A stretch of 64,000 nt of DNA from Lingula anatina (GCA_051362555.1 CM120640.1:61296788-61360787); one strand, 5' to 3'. Positions 1 through 13,905 are shown, numbered from the stretch's first letter. The notes: generated from the sequence alone by a model not told the origin. A program made the numbers and translations.

Positions 1-186
1 TGCCCTGAATATCCCGCGGCGTAATTACTGGCAGCGCGAGCCAGTTACTATAAGTTATTATAAGTAACTGGCTCGCACTGCCAGTAATTATACGGCGGGA
101 TATTCAGGGCACAGACCGTGATCATAAGATAGCATGAATAGAAAATAGAATTTAGAAAATAGACATTCCATGTGAACGAAGCCTAA
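1..186. mobile_element. Palindromic MITE (PIF/Harbinger-like), left end cut off by the window edge
   Basis: Bases 1-49 are a near-perfect inverted repeat of 63-111. The right end CCATGTGAACGAAGCC followed by TAA resembles a Harbinger/Tourist terminus and target site. Confidence 0.55.
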
Positions 187-328
187 AATGCCATGTGCTT
201 TTAAAAAAAATTAATTTGAATAATCCTTGTCATTTGACATTACACATGTATAGACACTCTTGAAAACATTATATACATATACCCTACTGCACACACAGCT
301 TTCAGAGAAAAACCAAACATACTCATAC

Positions 329-3300
329 CACTAAAGTTGGCTTCTGCTCTGCATAAGTTTGGATAACACTTGATAACTTATAGTTAAGAGACAGATCAAA
401 TCTGAATTCAGACTGATTGCCAGTGCATGGATAGCCAAGAACCACTTTCCTAAGCTTGACTGGTCTGTGACTATCATCCATCCTAAAAATGAAAAATTCA
501 AACAGGCCAGCTGTTTTACAAGTTTCTACTGTCACATTGAGGTCATCAGAGAATACAAATATTGTGTGTTTAAGTGTCTTAATTTCTGATATTGTTATCT
601 CATAAAGCACAGATATACAAGTAAGGTGTTATCAAAAATATCAAAAATAAAACATTTTCACAATGCACAGAACAATGATTCAAATTACTTGTAAAATGAT
701 GCAGTGACTTTATCTGTACTCAACCACTCTGCTATCTGAAAAATAATTAGAACTGGTTTTACAGTTATAAAAATTTCTTGACATAATATTTTAATATTCC
801 TTTCAACAAAGTAAATTAAAAGGAACATGTATCGAAGGAGAAAACATATACCAGGCTAGATCATTCAGAACAAGTAAAACTCCTTTCTACCACCAATGTA
901 TTATTCATGAACTGTATATACCTACTGTATAGTACTAATTAAGTGAAATGCACCCAGGAACACAACAAAATGTGCATTGCAGAAACTTGGTCACTTTAAA
1001 AAATGAAAATTAATGTTGGTTTTGGAAGATCTCATTTTTCAGCAAGAAAATAATGTGTTCATAAGATGTCATATTTGACATGTGATAACTTACATCCCCT
1101 ATGTTTGGTATAGTAGCTGATATGGTAATGAACCTCATTGGTATGTCCACTTCCCCACCAGGCTCTCTAGAGATTGCCCTTCGGATAGTCTTCATTCTGC
1201 TAATCACAGCTTCCATTGTGGCTCCTCTGGTTTCATCATTCAAGATGTGGATCTTACAAACAAAAACATCATTCTATATTTCTAGATATTTTCCTCAATA
1301 TCATGCAGAGTAACAGGAATTGTGGTACTCATGATGGATTTTTTAACTTAAAAAATTCAAGCTTCTCTGTAAGGTCATTTGCCTTTGGCATATCATACAT
1401 ATTATTATTATTTTTTTTTTTTTCCAAATGGCACAATAATTTTATCTCACTTACCTCATCTACCAAAAAAAGTTTTACCAGCTGGACAAGAGACTTGTTA
1501 TCTCTCCATTTTCTTGTCATACTGTCCCATTTTTCCTGGTGATAATGATAATGAACTTCCTGATTATAATGATAATGACTGATGAACAATAATACACAAG
1601 TGTGAACATTCTTTCTTGCTGCTTATTACTGAAATCATTACAGATTAAGATACGGTAATGACTCGATCTTTTCAATGGGCAAAAATTATCAAACTTGCAT
1701 TTTAAAAATCATAAAAATTATGTTTTTGTAAAGCATTTGTGGTGCTTTTAATGCCTAGAATAGAATTATAAGGTATAGTACGGTTTTCAATTTTATTGCA
1801 ACCACTCAATAGGAATTAATGCTCTTATTTTAAGAAATTATGACTTAAAAAATACAGTTCCTGTAACAGTCACAATTTTCCCCCATTGAAAAGATTGATT
1901 CATTACCGTATTCTGCTTTGGCACATTTTTTGTCTATTCAAAGTGTGAAAAATGGTGCTGTCTTACTGGTGTTGTCATGATAATATTCACTTCCTGCAGT
2001 TCAAAGTAATCATCTAACTCAGTATCTCCAGTGAGCTCTTTGCACTTCAGTCCAAGGGGTTCAAATCTTGGCCTCCAGTCTTCATATCTTTCGCTACACA
2101 AAGCTTTGATAGGTGCCACTGAAAACATGGAAGTTAAAGGTATATTCAAATTATTATGATATTTTTTTGTTTAAGAAAAAAAAAAACATCATAGTACTGA
2201 CCTTACAATCATAATTGGCAAATATATCACTGAAAATATTAAATATACTGGACATTCCGATTACTGTCCATAGCTTCAAAATGTACATATCCTTTTTCTA
2301 TCCTTTTTTCTTTTCAGTCACTCTATATCACTTTTACAGTCTACTAGTTATTATCAATGAAAGAATTGCAATTGTTGATAATAACATAAATACTTACTGT
2401 ACACAATTTTGACATGATCTGCTACATTGAAGCTGTATTGCAAAAGTAATCTCACAATGGCTAGTTCAAATATGACTGTCTTTCCAGCCCCAGTCGGTGC
2501 ACAGACAACTAAAGGGTTATCTGTGTACATAACCTGTATGAGAAGCAACTCCATATATTTTAGTAAATCACTGTAACAATTCAAAATCAAATGGCAGAGA
2601 TGTTTGAATGCTTTACAGACACCACAGCATGAACTTTTCTAAATTTGCACTTTGTATAAAATCAATGTCATGAATTAAGTTTTCTGGTTTTTCTAACTTC
2701 TGATATAGAAAAAACAATCACTTGAAGCAAAAATAAGACCTTTTAAAATAATCTTACATCATCAAAAACTTTGGACTGTACCACATTGAAGTATGGAAAA
2801 GGGAAAATATTTCTGAACTGATCAGCTGTACCTCAATCAAGGACACAAATAAGCATCAGTATAACATCAAATAACAATATCTAATTTCATCATCTTTGTA
2901 TGAGAATGAAATGCATAATGTAATAACAAGTAGTGATTGTAAAGAAAGTCTGCCTATAATTCATTTTCTAGAAGATATCAAATGGATACATGTTGCAAAA
3001 GAAATGATACTAAAATAACGAAAGGCAAGCAGTTTTTTTAACTTTTATATATATATACATTTTAACAACTATCAATGTAAACAATGGTTGTAAATATACA
3101 ACAGTATGAAGAGATAGCTAATTAATAAAAGGTTATATTCAAGTTGGAATTAAACATATTCCAAATGACAACTTTCTTATAAAGAAAATGATGTTTTGTT
3201 TTTGCTTTACTATCAGTCCAAATATATTACAGGATGGGTTATACGAAAGGCATACATTGCATGTGAGTCATTTATATGGCAAATAAAAGAATTTTCCCAG

Positions 3301-6300
3301 ATATTGTAGCTTTTAACATCAAGGAATACCCCATCCAAAACTGTTGAGCTACCATAATTACAATCAATAAATACATTACTGAGCTCTAATTTTTAAAAAA
3401 TTTTATCGTGAATTGCACCCATGTATATCTCCATTACTAGAGTGACTCAAAAAATAGCAGCTTAGAACAAAAAAAGGATTTATAGATCTTCATAATTATG
3501 TGAACAGCTTAGACTATGATATCTGATGGTGATTAGGGGATTAATTTTGAAATCTTCATTAAAATTGCAGCTTTGCTAAATTAAGGTTCAAATATTTGTT
3601 ATGTGACAGGAAATTTGAGTTTAGAGTTGTTAATTGCACAAACTGAGAAGTAACACATTTTAAACTTGAAGAAAATACAACATTCGATTGGAATTTACCA
3701 GCAGATATGGTGTTAAAACCAGGTTAAAAAACAGCAAGTAATTAAAGAAAGGATACGTAGTTCTGCAACAGACTTAAGCTTTGATATTTCTTGACTTGAC
3801 CCCCCAGGTGTGATACCTTTAAAAAAAAGGAGAATTTTAATTCTTAAAGAATCATTAGAAGAACTCCATAGCTCCAAAACTCTTTGCTGAATTGAACTGT
3901 GAATGTCACTTAAAGAAAACACAAAAAAAGTTGATCTGATACCTTTTTTGTGCAATAAAATTACATCAGAATCTGCTTGGTATACCAATTGTTTCTAGTT
4001 AAACAAAATCACGAGACTTGGTCAAACCAGACTGTACACCAAGCAAGTTTGCTCATATTTTTGGGCACCAAAAAGGTTTCAAGTCATCTTTCTCTCATCT
4101 ATGTTCAATATTATCAAAAGCAATTTAAATCCATTTTCATATCATAAAAATTAAAAAAAAAATGATTTTGTGTATATGAATACCAAATATTAAATTAGTT
4201 TAAATTAAGCTGTTCTGTATACCTGGAATACTCCATGGTAAAGGTGTCTCTAAATGGTCTGAATAAAAAGTGGCATTTGCTGGAGTCTTTGCTTGCCTAT
4301 TACTTTGGCTGGGAAATAAATTCTTCTGAGAAGATGAGTATCTATCATAATGACTGTTAGAAAATTGAGATATCTGACTAGCAGATTCAGCTGACTCAAA
4401 ACTACCAGAATGCTCTGATAGTGGGGACAAGATTTGACCAGACCTTTCTTTGTATGGTGTTTTAAACACTGGTTTGTTGAAACTGAAATTTAAGAGGCAT
4501 ATTGTTTTATGTGTCTATAAGAATAGTTTCAAGTTCGCTGAAAATTATCTGTTGATAATGCTTAACAAAAATTATTCCATACCATACCATACCATACCAT
4601 ACCATGCCGTACCATACCATACCACAAATAAACTCAAAATTTGTCAACTTTCAGGTTTAGGTGTACATCTTTCTTGCATAAAGAATGATTTTTCTTATTG
4701 GCAAGAAAGGCAGCCTTAGCTGGAAAAAAATTATACAAATGGGTGGAGAAATGGTCAGTGAAATTCTGACATTAATGAACCAAATTTTTACCTGTTGTTT
4801 CTTTGAAAGAAAGAAATCAATAATGAAAACTGTTTGTGGTATAAAGTTATGAAGGTTCCTCAGGCTGAAAGCAAATTGTTACAAATCTACACTCATTGTC
4901 ACATACATAACAAACTGAAATTACTTATGGAAGTAAAATGTTTTTTTTTTATTTATATATATGGATATGTTATTAATTTTACTTCTTTTTTTATAACTTA
5001 TTTTGATTACTTTTTAATCTTACTTCTTTTCCAATAATTTCAATTATACTGATACATGTACTGTCTCATCAGCAATTTTTTCTCTATTTGGTCAAGGCAT
5101 CATTGCAATCAACAAAATGTGTTCATATCTTTAACAAAACAATTACAGTCATTGCCTATATATTTTGCTTTGAACCTTTTATTCTGTAGTAACAAAATGT
5201 CAGGTCTTCTTTGAGAGGCTTTTGGTAGATTCTGGATCGCTGGTGTAACTGGCTGAGTTTTTCTCTCTTGTTGAGTTGGAGGTAAAAGTTCATCCAAAAT
5301 ACTAGTACCTGAAATATTGAAAATTATGACACCAACATATATTCAATATTTGCCAATGCCCATGTTACCCGTATATATATATATATATATATATATGTCA
5401 TCAATGTTATTTGATTTTTTAACATGGAAAATATAACTACTTCATGTATGCTAAGAAAGAAAGAGTATATTACCCATTTAAAATAAATGGCATTTAAAAT
5501 GCACTCAAGAGGGCTCTCTGGAAGGTTTTTATTTCAACCAATCAGAGACTGTCATATAACACTGACCAGCAGTCATTTGAGAAGTTTAAACGTTCAGTTT
5601 TAAAAGTGCTTGGCATTTTATCGCCTCACAGCACCACTTTTATCAATCTTCCCTCCCAACCACTCCATGGATTTTCATATTAAAATCACAGACTTTGGAT
5701 TTTCATAATAACAGACTTTTAAATGATTGAAACTTCGATCATGGTGGGATTTCATATTGACAGTTTTTACCTCTGCCAAGGAGGTTATGTTTGTCTGTCT
5801 TTCTGTCTGTCTGTTTGTCATCAACATAACTCAAAAAGTTATGGACCAATTTTGATGAAATTTTCAGGGTAGGTCAGAAAAGGGTTAATTTAGAAGTGAT
5901 TTTTTGGTGGTGATCCAGATCAATAATCAATCAATAATCAATAACAATAATAAAAAAACTAAGTTAAGGACCGATTTTGATGAAATTTTCAGGAACTGTC
6001 AAGAGTGGGCCAAGGAACAGATGATTAGTTTTTGGTGGTGATCCGGATAAATAATCAATCAATAATAAAAAATATTGAAAATTTAGGGGTGAAACGGCAT
6101 TCAATGGAGACTTTACTGCCTTGGCGGAGGTCTGCGCTCTCCGAGTGCTTTTCTAGTTTTAATATGTATTTCATAACAGCTTTACACCATTTAATATATG
6201 GCCATGGTTTTGTTACATTTCATTTATTGTCTATTTGATTTTTTACTTAGTATAGTAATAAGGTATTCTCTAAGCCCGAATGTATGTATTTTAACAAGCT

Positions 6301-6772
6301 TAACAACTGACCTTTTGTGTATGAAGGTGGGGCTTGCGATGATTCAGTATTTTTAAATGCTTGTGAAAGCATAACATTTTCTAAATCAGTGGGTGGAGCT
6401 GGAACTGATGGTCTGATTACGGCTGTTAAAGGGAGTCTACAAAGTAATGAATGACGAACAGATATTGATACCATATCATCCTTACATGTACTTATTATAG
6501 AGAACTAAGCATATGATCAGTAATGAAAAATTGTCTACTTACACATTTTTTATTCAAAAGTGTATGATAAAAAAAGGTGTTTCTACTTTATTATTCATCA
6601 ATTAATACATACTGTACAAACTCTTCAAAGGATAATTTATTGGGCAATAAAATATTATATAAACAAAGAAAAAAACTTACACTTCATTCCTGTCCTCATT
6701 TCTTTGGTCATAGAACAAGGCATCTAAAATACCATCCTTCCCATTTAAACAAGAACCGCCAGACCACATCAT
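329..6772 (-). CDS. HFM1: ATP-dependent DNA helicase HFM1/MER3 (meiotic Ski2-like DExH helicase), 5' part; gene continues beyond the left edge
   Basis: Phase-consistent GT-AG exons on the minus strand: 6772-6681, 6490-6312, 5308-5176, 4482-4223, 3816-3757, 2825-2758, 2533-2398, 2118-1967, 1535-1455, 1252-1094, 735-689, 482-329. The spliced protein has a Q motif (FPYFNVVQS), Walker A (CAPTGAGKT), motif Ia (YMAPIKALCSER), TTPEKWDSMTRKW, DEIH, RGATMEAVISRMK, motif III (SATIPN) and HRPVKLRKVVLG..FRFDLSLNYKL, all typical of MER3/HFM1. Confidence 0.93.
2826..3756 (-). other. U12-type (minor spliceosome) GT-AG intron in HFM1
   Basis: 5' site GTATCCTTTC at 3756; branch-like TCCTTGAT at 2843-2836, about 10 nt from the terminal CAG at 2826; no polypyrimidine tract. 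Splicing restores SVAELP|DQFRNIF in frame. Confidence 0.88.
4578..4623. repeat. (CATAC)n microsatellite
   Basis: Read directly from the sequence. Confidence 0.9.
5766..6158 (+). mobile_element. Short non-autonomous Helentron-type (HINE/DINE-1-like) element
   Basis: Subterminal IRs ACCTCTGCCAAGG (5769-5781) and CCTTGGCGGAGGT (6119-6131), (GTCT)n microsatellite, two internal core repeats, 3' hairpin GCGCTCTCCGAGTGC, CTAGTT end, T-rich flanks. Confidence 0.75.
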
Positions 6773-6975
6773 GAGGACAAAAACCAGCTTATGCACATTC
6801 TATACAACTTCTGAAATCGCAACATCTTTATATAGTCAGGTCTAAGTGATTTTAGTTTATCTATAAATATTTCTAATTCTGGGTTATTTTTTGTACCAGC
6901 ATAACTAATTTTCTAAGCACCCTCATCAAAAGTTTGGTTATCCAAAAAAAAAAAAAAAAACTTGGACATACATAC

Positions 6976-7200
6976 CTCAGGAAAGGAGATGTAGATCTAA
7001 TATTGGAAAATGTTCAATTTGTAAACAAAAACATGTGCAGACGACTTCCTGCCCTCGTGACCTATAACCTCCACCTATCACCGAAGGCCTAGGCATGACG
7101 TCAGCTTACAGTCGAGTTCCAGTACTGGTAGGAGCTTCAGAGGGAAACATGCTAATTATGTTGCTGTATAAATCCAAGTTAACCAAAGAAACGGCAACAC
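6976..7200. promoter_or_regulatory. Putative HFM1 non-coding first exon and promoter, possibly bidirectional
   Basis: Minus-strand donor GTATGT at 6975 pairs with the acceptor at about 6811 upstream of the ATG. The region is locally richer in GC/CpG, with a perfect CRE TGACGTCA (7096-7103) and an ETS-like ACTTCCTG (about 7044-7051). Confidence 0.45.
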
Positions 7201-10200
7201 TGGTAAATATTCCAAATGATACACAAAAACAAGAAGCAGCATCACTCTAAAAATCGGGGCCTATCACATGCTAATTCATAAGTCGACAACAACGGTACAA
7301 GGCATTGAAGGTGCTGTACTACATGTAGTCTTAAGCGAAAAAGGCAAGATGTAAGAGATTAACAAGAATGTCTTATATAGATATTTATCCAACACTATAT
7401 CCGTCTCCAACCCTCCCACCTGAAATCATTGGTAATGATGAATGAATTTAGCACATTGTTTTAAAGCTGCCGCTCACACGTGCACATGTCTACCCACAAT
7501 GCTAGAGCAGAGGTTTGTGACCCAGTTTCTCCGCCCAAATGTAAACAAAAGGGTGCCATTCAAAGTTTGAGCGGGTTTGTTCAGCAACGCTTTATCAAAA
7601 CATCTTGTGCTAGGGAGGGCACGACAAGGAGTACCAGAACGCAGGTGAGGAACTTTAACGTTATAGTTTTGACACCATACCCAAGTCATTTTTTAAGATC
7701 TGTCGTTACTGAATGTTTGGCTAAGATTCTGCCGCCTCTCATGATTGACTTATGTGTTACATTGCATGGCATTTGTTTGCATAATCAATGTTGCTCTGAC
7801 AATTTTAGCCGCAAACATGCAACGCATTTATATTATTTTGCTGTTTTCTCTTATAGAATACATAAGGATTATATTTGGTTGAGTTTCAGTTTAATTTTAT
7901 TCCTTTTTTGGATGTGTAGTATTGAAATTTTAGACATGATACTTTGATAGGGTCATGCATGCAATTACCTTGGCAAATTGCCTTCAGGTTATAATTAGCA
8001 GTCACTTTCTTTCCCAGCACATTCAGGGGGCACATAAAGGGGTTCCAGTTATGCATGAATTCAAAGTGTCAATATTAGAATTGTTCTCAAAACTTTATGC
8101 TTCTACTTGTGTTGAATGTTATGACATTGCCTGCAGTGGGTGATGAGTCAATAACTTTAATTTAAAACATTACAACCAGTATAATAATAACATGGGTGGG
8201 TTTTAAGCCATTTAGAATGATGCTGAGGAGTGCAACAGCAGTATGCACAAGTGTCAAGATCAGTATAACAATTATTGTTTAAATGGAAGAACTTTGTTGG
8301 TATCTTAGTTTCAATATATTTCACTGAATTAGAATTTTAATCTTTAAGTTAAAATTTGTTCAAATTATGAAGACAACAAAACTGTAAGTTAATGTACAAA
8401 ATAAAATTGTCAAATCAAAATGTACTTTGTGAAGAAAGTAATTTTTACATGGTTTATTTATTGGGAATTTCACTATAAAACCATTAAACTCAGAGAAATA
8501 GTTTCTCTATGATAAAGAATGTGACTGCAAGACTTAATATTGAGTTGTTGACTCCCTGCATATAATAAATAGTTTTTAGTTCTGAATAACAAAAAGTACA
8601 TGGGATTTCATACTGGTCTAAATATAGCATTATTATATATTATGTTTTTGATCATAATAGAGAAAAATATTATCTAAAAGCTTAAATAGTGTTCTAAATT
8701 ATTGAAAAAATTAAGAAAACAAGTAGTTGGTTAGTAGGTAATCATTAGATATCCCTTTGATAATGTTACCAATATTATTCAAAAGCTTTTGTGTCTGAAA
8801 AAGTGTTTTTACTAGGTCAGTAGAAAAAAACAACTATTATATACATCATATCATTAAGAGTCTATTTATTTGTTTCATCACATTGTAATATTACACGTGT
8901 CTTAGTAATCATGTGAAAGCATTTTCAACTGTAGTCTGTTCCAGGTGTATGGTAGACAAAGCTGCTACTACTGAATTGATCAATGTGTCTTTGATGCCCC
9001 AATGTTTATGCTGGTTTAAACACAGGTATTCAAGTATTTAGGACAAATCAATAGGACGCTGGGTAGTTCATGTAGCTGCCATTGTGCTTAACAGGGAGAA
9101 CAGAAAACAATTATGTTAATCCATTTGTGATCCACCCCTTTGCAGAAAGTGGAGTTAACTTGACAATGCAGTAAAGGATAGATTGGAGACTACTATAAAA
9201 ACATGTATGCCATATACGAGTACTCGCATATATTCAAGTTATAAATCACCTGGTCAACATATAATGAACAAATACAACCTAGATATTTTAGTATCTAGAG
9301 CTGTTTTGGCAGTTTTGATAGTTTTGATCTAAACCGAATTAAGATAAGGATTTCAGACGGGACTGTTAGAGAGGTGTGTTTCACCTAAAAATTTGAAGAG
9401 ATTAGCAAAATGGCAGGTAGGGTACTACATCTGTTTGCTTGATTTCAAGGACCTAAAGGAATGTGGGAGAAGAGTTTCAGATATATTTGATTTTCATCAA
9501 GTTTTGCTCCCAAGGGGGTTCTTTTCATACTTCTTTTAGTAAATTTCATTTACCTTGTTGAGGACATTTATTGTATTGTTGTATACATTTATTTTTTGCA
9601 ACACAATGGCATTTAAACACAGCAATTAAGTTTTTGAGGGAAACTGCTTTTGGGGGTGGTAAATGGTTATCTCTGTTGAATCGATCAGATCAGATATACC
9701 TCTGCTTACATATGAAGTACTATTAGTCCAACAGTAAATTACAGGCTAAGTTGTGAATCAAACAAAACACCACTTGGATCAATTACCTTCTGGCACCAAG
9801 TCCAATGTACTCAGTCAAGGGTAGCTTTAGAAGTCAGGTGTCACTGGGTGGGGGACCACAAGGCCTAAACACAGATTAAGGAGAAGTAAAAGGAATGAAA
9901 TTTGAGCATAACGGTATTTACTTGTTCTCAAAATTCCTCCTATTATATTCAATTCATCCCATACACAAGGCATTGAATCAAGCTGTTGATTTTAACCCTG
10001 CTTGATACCTTCTACCATGCCCACAACAATAACAGTACGCTGTTATTTTTTCATAGGCATGAATTTAGAAGCTTTAATTTATATATTTGTTTTATTAGAA
10101 TCACAATATGGGTAATGTTTGTAATAGGAATGTGTATATTAATGCCTGTTACTTGCTTTCTTCATTGTAAAGTCCTTGGTTGAGAGTTGACCAAGTGGAA

Positions 10201-12804
10201 TTGTTTTTACAGATTTGTAACTTTTGGTGTGCCCTCATATTGAAGAGAGTTTAACACAGAAGTATACAAGTTATGCAGTTTAAACAATGGTTTATGTGAT
10301 AACTAAGCATTTTTTGGTAATTTTTTATGACAATAAGGCTTAACAAACTTGATAGAGATGTAACTAAGCTGCATTTAAAATTAATTGGAAGATGAAATTA
10401 TATGATGGTCATTGATTTTAAGAAACATCAAGTGCGCTTCAAGACTTGGAAGAAATATTGTTTTTCCAGTACAATTTTGGAGGGGGCCCACTTCATACTC
10501 ACCTTGATATAAATTCTCAAAGTGACTGATCATTTTATTTGCTCTTGTCGAGGCAGAGATGGATTTGTATCACCTAGTGTTTATCAGTAAAGGGTGTCAT
10601 CTTTTGATAGTGCAGTTTGGAGAGTACTTAGAAGTGCTCTTCAGCTACACAGTTAAAGGGAGGCTATACTTCCCATTTTTGTGTTATCACTGTGATACGC
10701 ATAATCAAAGTTTACTTGAGTTACTGGCAGCCATGATTTGTTTATCCTTGTAAATAGTAGCCGAGTTAAATTGACCACACAATTGGTGTAGATGCCTAAG
10801 TAGTTCTGGAAGGCAGGTTATTATTTGCTAACATATTTTGTGCATGTATAAACTGGCTATTTGTTTTCTTAACTTTATTTGTGCTGGAACCCATCATTTG
10901 ATGGGTCCTAGATTTGTGGTACCATCTTGCTTTGTAATTTTTTTTCAAGATCCTTTTTAAAATACTTTATTATTCTATGATGCACAGTGCAAGAAAGTAT
11001 TATAATAACTTTCTGCCAAGTTATTTAATCCCGAAGCTTTAGAACATTTTTGTTGTTATTTTAGTTTTGAATCAAAATGAGACAGCAAGGCACTACTGAT
11101 GATAGCTAATAAATAATTTAAGTCTCAGATATCAGACTTATGAAAGCAACTGACCAACAACTTAAGAAATCTTTGTGATAGCAATTGTACTTGCAAATAC
11201 CTGAGCTTTACAGAGGCTGTAAAACACAATCTGATAGCTTATCATATTTCTATAGATTAAGTAATCGATTATCCAGTCACAGATATGGCAGTTTAATGTA
11301 ACTGCATTGAACACATTTGCTTTTGTGTTCTGCTGACAACTTTGTAGAGCACTATTGTAAAGATTTGTACCTGGATTGAAAGCTTTTTAGTTAGAGGTAA
11401 ATGTCAACAAATAGGAGGTAAATCTTTACATCCTGCTCCAGAAAAGAATTTGTGAACCAGGACATTGGTATTGATACTAAAACTATTATCGAATGTTCTG
11501 AAAAAAATAACCTGTTATCTTGTTTAGCTGACAAGACAGAAGCATAAGACAGAAGGAAATACACACAGAAAAATAATAAATATCAAAGTCACACTATGAG
11601 AAAAAGATGCTTGCATTAGCATATAATGAAAAATAAGAAGTCCGTGTGTGTCTTGGTGTCTTTATTGACCCCACCTTCAATAATTGCCAACCTCGCTCAA
11701 GTATCCATCTTAGTATTTTACCAATTTATTGCGCCGATTGGCTGTCAAAGTGTTACTGCTGGGGCAACACATGGTGACTCCCGCTCTCGCCACCAACACC
11801 AACCAATTATTGAATGGAGCAAATAATTTCTTCCTCTCCTTTCATATACTAGTAGCAACTATAAATCCATTTTTGTATGCATAACCAAGTCACGGTCAAA
11901 TCTTGGAGACAACTGTAGGGCTATTAGTTTCACCTGTGTTTAATCTTCCAATTTTTAGTCTGAAAATAACCAATTTTTTAATGTTATTATAAAGGTACAT
12001 AAATTGTCTGCTCCTATCAGAATGTTCTTATTCAACATAAGCCATATGCCTCAATATAGTTGTTCACACAGAGTTGCAATACATTTTAGAATCTGTTTAC
12101 TTCATTCTAACTTCATGAGAGCAAACAGTATTTCCCTGCTCAGATTTGTTAAGCAAATAGTTTGTTGTTTGTTAACCCCTAAGTTCTTTTACAGATTTTG
12201 CAAAGTACATCCCCATTTTCTTAAAGCAAACTGACATGTTAAATGTTACCTGACAGTAAAGCTGATTTAGGCCTTGGTGTCATGTTTTATTTTAAGTGCC
12301 TTCAACAGACACTTTCTGTGATAAGCTGTTTTGAAATGTGTTCACAGGTAGTAACATTTGAAGATTAGTAACTTAAAGGCAGTTGAAGAAGGAGCTGAAA
12401 AGATGGTTTCTCTAGTTTGAATAATGCAAAATTATCTGAATTAGGTTGTTTAGTTTTTATTATAACCTGTTATTCTTGTGGAGAGCAAATAAGTAAGTTC
12501 TGTATTCCTTTTCTCAGTTCCATTCAAGTAGGCGTAAGGTTGGTTCTTTAAATGAATTTTTCACTGCTCAGGTATAGTTAAATAACAGCCTAATGATGGT
12601 ATTATAAAAGCATATATAGGATTTGAAGAATTTTAAAAATTAGATGTGTCCTTTTTTGACAATTGATGAAAAGTTGCCAAGTTAGGTAGTCTTTGGACTA
12701 TGTAACTACCTATGGGTGATATATTGGATTACTGTAGTCCCTTAAACAAGTGGGAGCAGCTTGTTAGCCCATTTATTTCACCATCTAAAGGTCGGCCTTG
12801 GTAA

Positions 12805-12818
12805 TGTGTCATGGAAAC
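12805..12818 (+). promoter_or_regulatory. Imperfect RFX X-box-like site just upstream of the putative ATG of the coiled-coil gene
   Basis: TGTGTCATGGAAAC has a good right half-site (ATGGAAAC) of the X-box consensus GTNNCC-AT-GGNAAC and lies about 40 nt upstream of aaaATGG at 12857. Confidence 0.3.
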
Positions 12819-12856
12819 CGGACTCATAGCGTCTTTCTGGTAGCAAGGACATTAAA

Positions 12857-13845
12857 ATGGAGGATCAAGAGTTTTTTGTTGAGTGGTTTCATTGGGGTGA
12901 GAGAATGTATAAATACAACTTTTTTGATAAATTAGAAAAACAGGAGCAGTTGGTGGTAAACTGAAGTTCATATGTTGTATAGTTATTATTTATCCACATA
13001 TATGTGCTTGCCAAAATGCCTGCAGAGAAGAACTTCTCTAAGTGTAATTACCAAAACACGTCTTTTATTTTCACTGATAGAATATGACACTAGCAGTGAT
13101 GCTGAGACAGGGACAGAAACTGATGTAGATATACAAGAATTTGAAACAAACCAAAGAAATCAGGTAAGATAAAAATTATGGTGAGTTGAGAATGTAGCAG
13201 TAAGATAAGTATCAGAATAATGGAAGTTTTTTTATTATTATTATTAATTAATTTTATATATATATGAAAGAAAAAAGAAGAATGTATAAGGTACATTTCT
13301 AATGAATAATATAAAGCTTTTGCCTTGAAAATATAATGTGATCTGTAGCAAATTCACTGCTATTGATCAGATGAATCTTGTTAATTCAGTCATGTGTATG
13401 AATATTGATCAAGTAAGCTTAATACACTGGGATAAAAAGAGGGATCATTATGTTGTTACCTGATTTATTCACATTGGTTTTCAATGAAACTATATGATAT
13501 TACCAACTATATTTGCTTTGAGTATTAAAACTACTGCTGGCAAAGTGAAGGTGTTGGTTTGAGTAAATATTTGCTGCTGTAGGTCTGCAACAAAGGGTCG
13601 TTATGCCTGAGTTTTGGGAAAGTATTAATCCGTTGTTTTTACAAGTGTCAATGTTAAAACAGTTATATTGCTTTAATTTGCAGAAAATGCCACAGTATGA
13701 ACACATAGTTGCACTCTGGTATTCTGGGTTGCATTTAGTGATTTATATGTGGTCATGACACTGAGATATCTTTTACCAAGAAATGCTTTACCACCAGCAG
13801 CATACAGGGAAATTGTAATATTTAGTTACTCCTGTGATATTCTTA

Positions 13846-13905
<60 letters not shown>

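Noticed and set aside
7480-7947. 155-aa ORF near the promoter as a gene
   Set aside because: No recognisable homology. Its donor at 7645 is phase 0 in that frame and does not fit exon 13081, so it is at most a UTR exon or needs an unseen exon.
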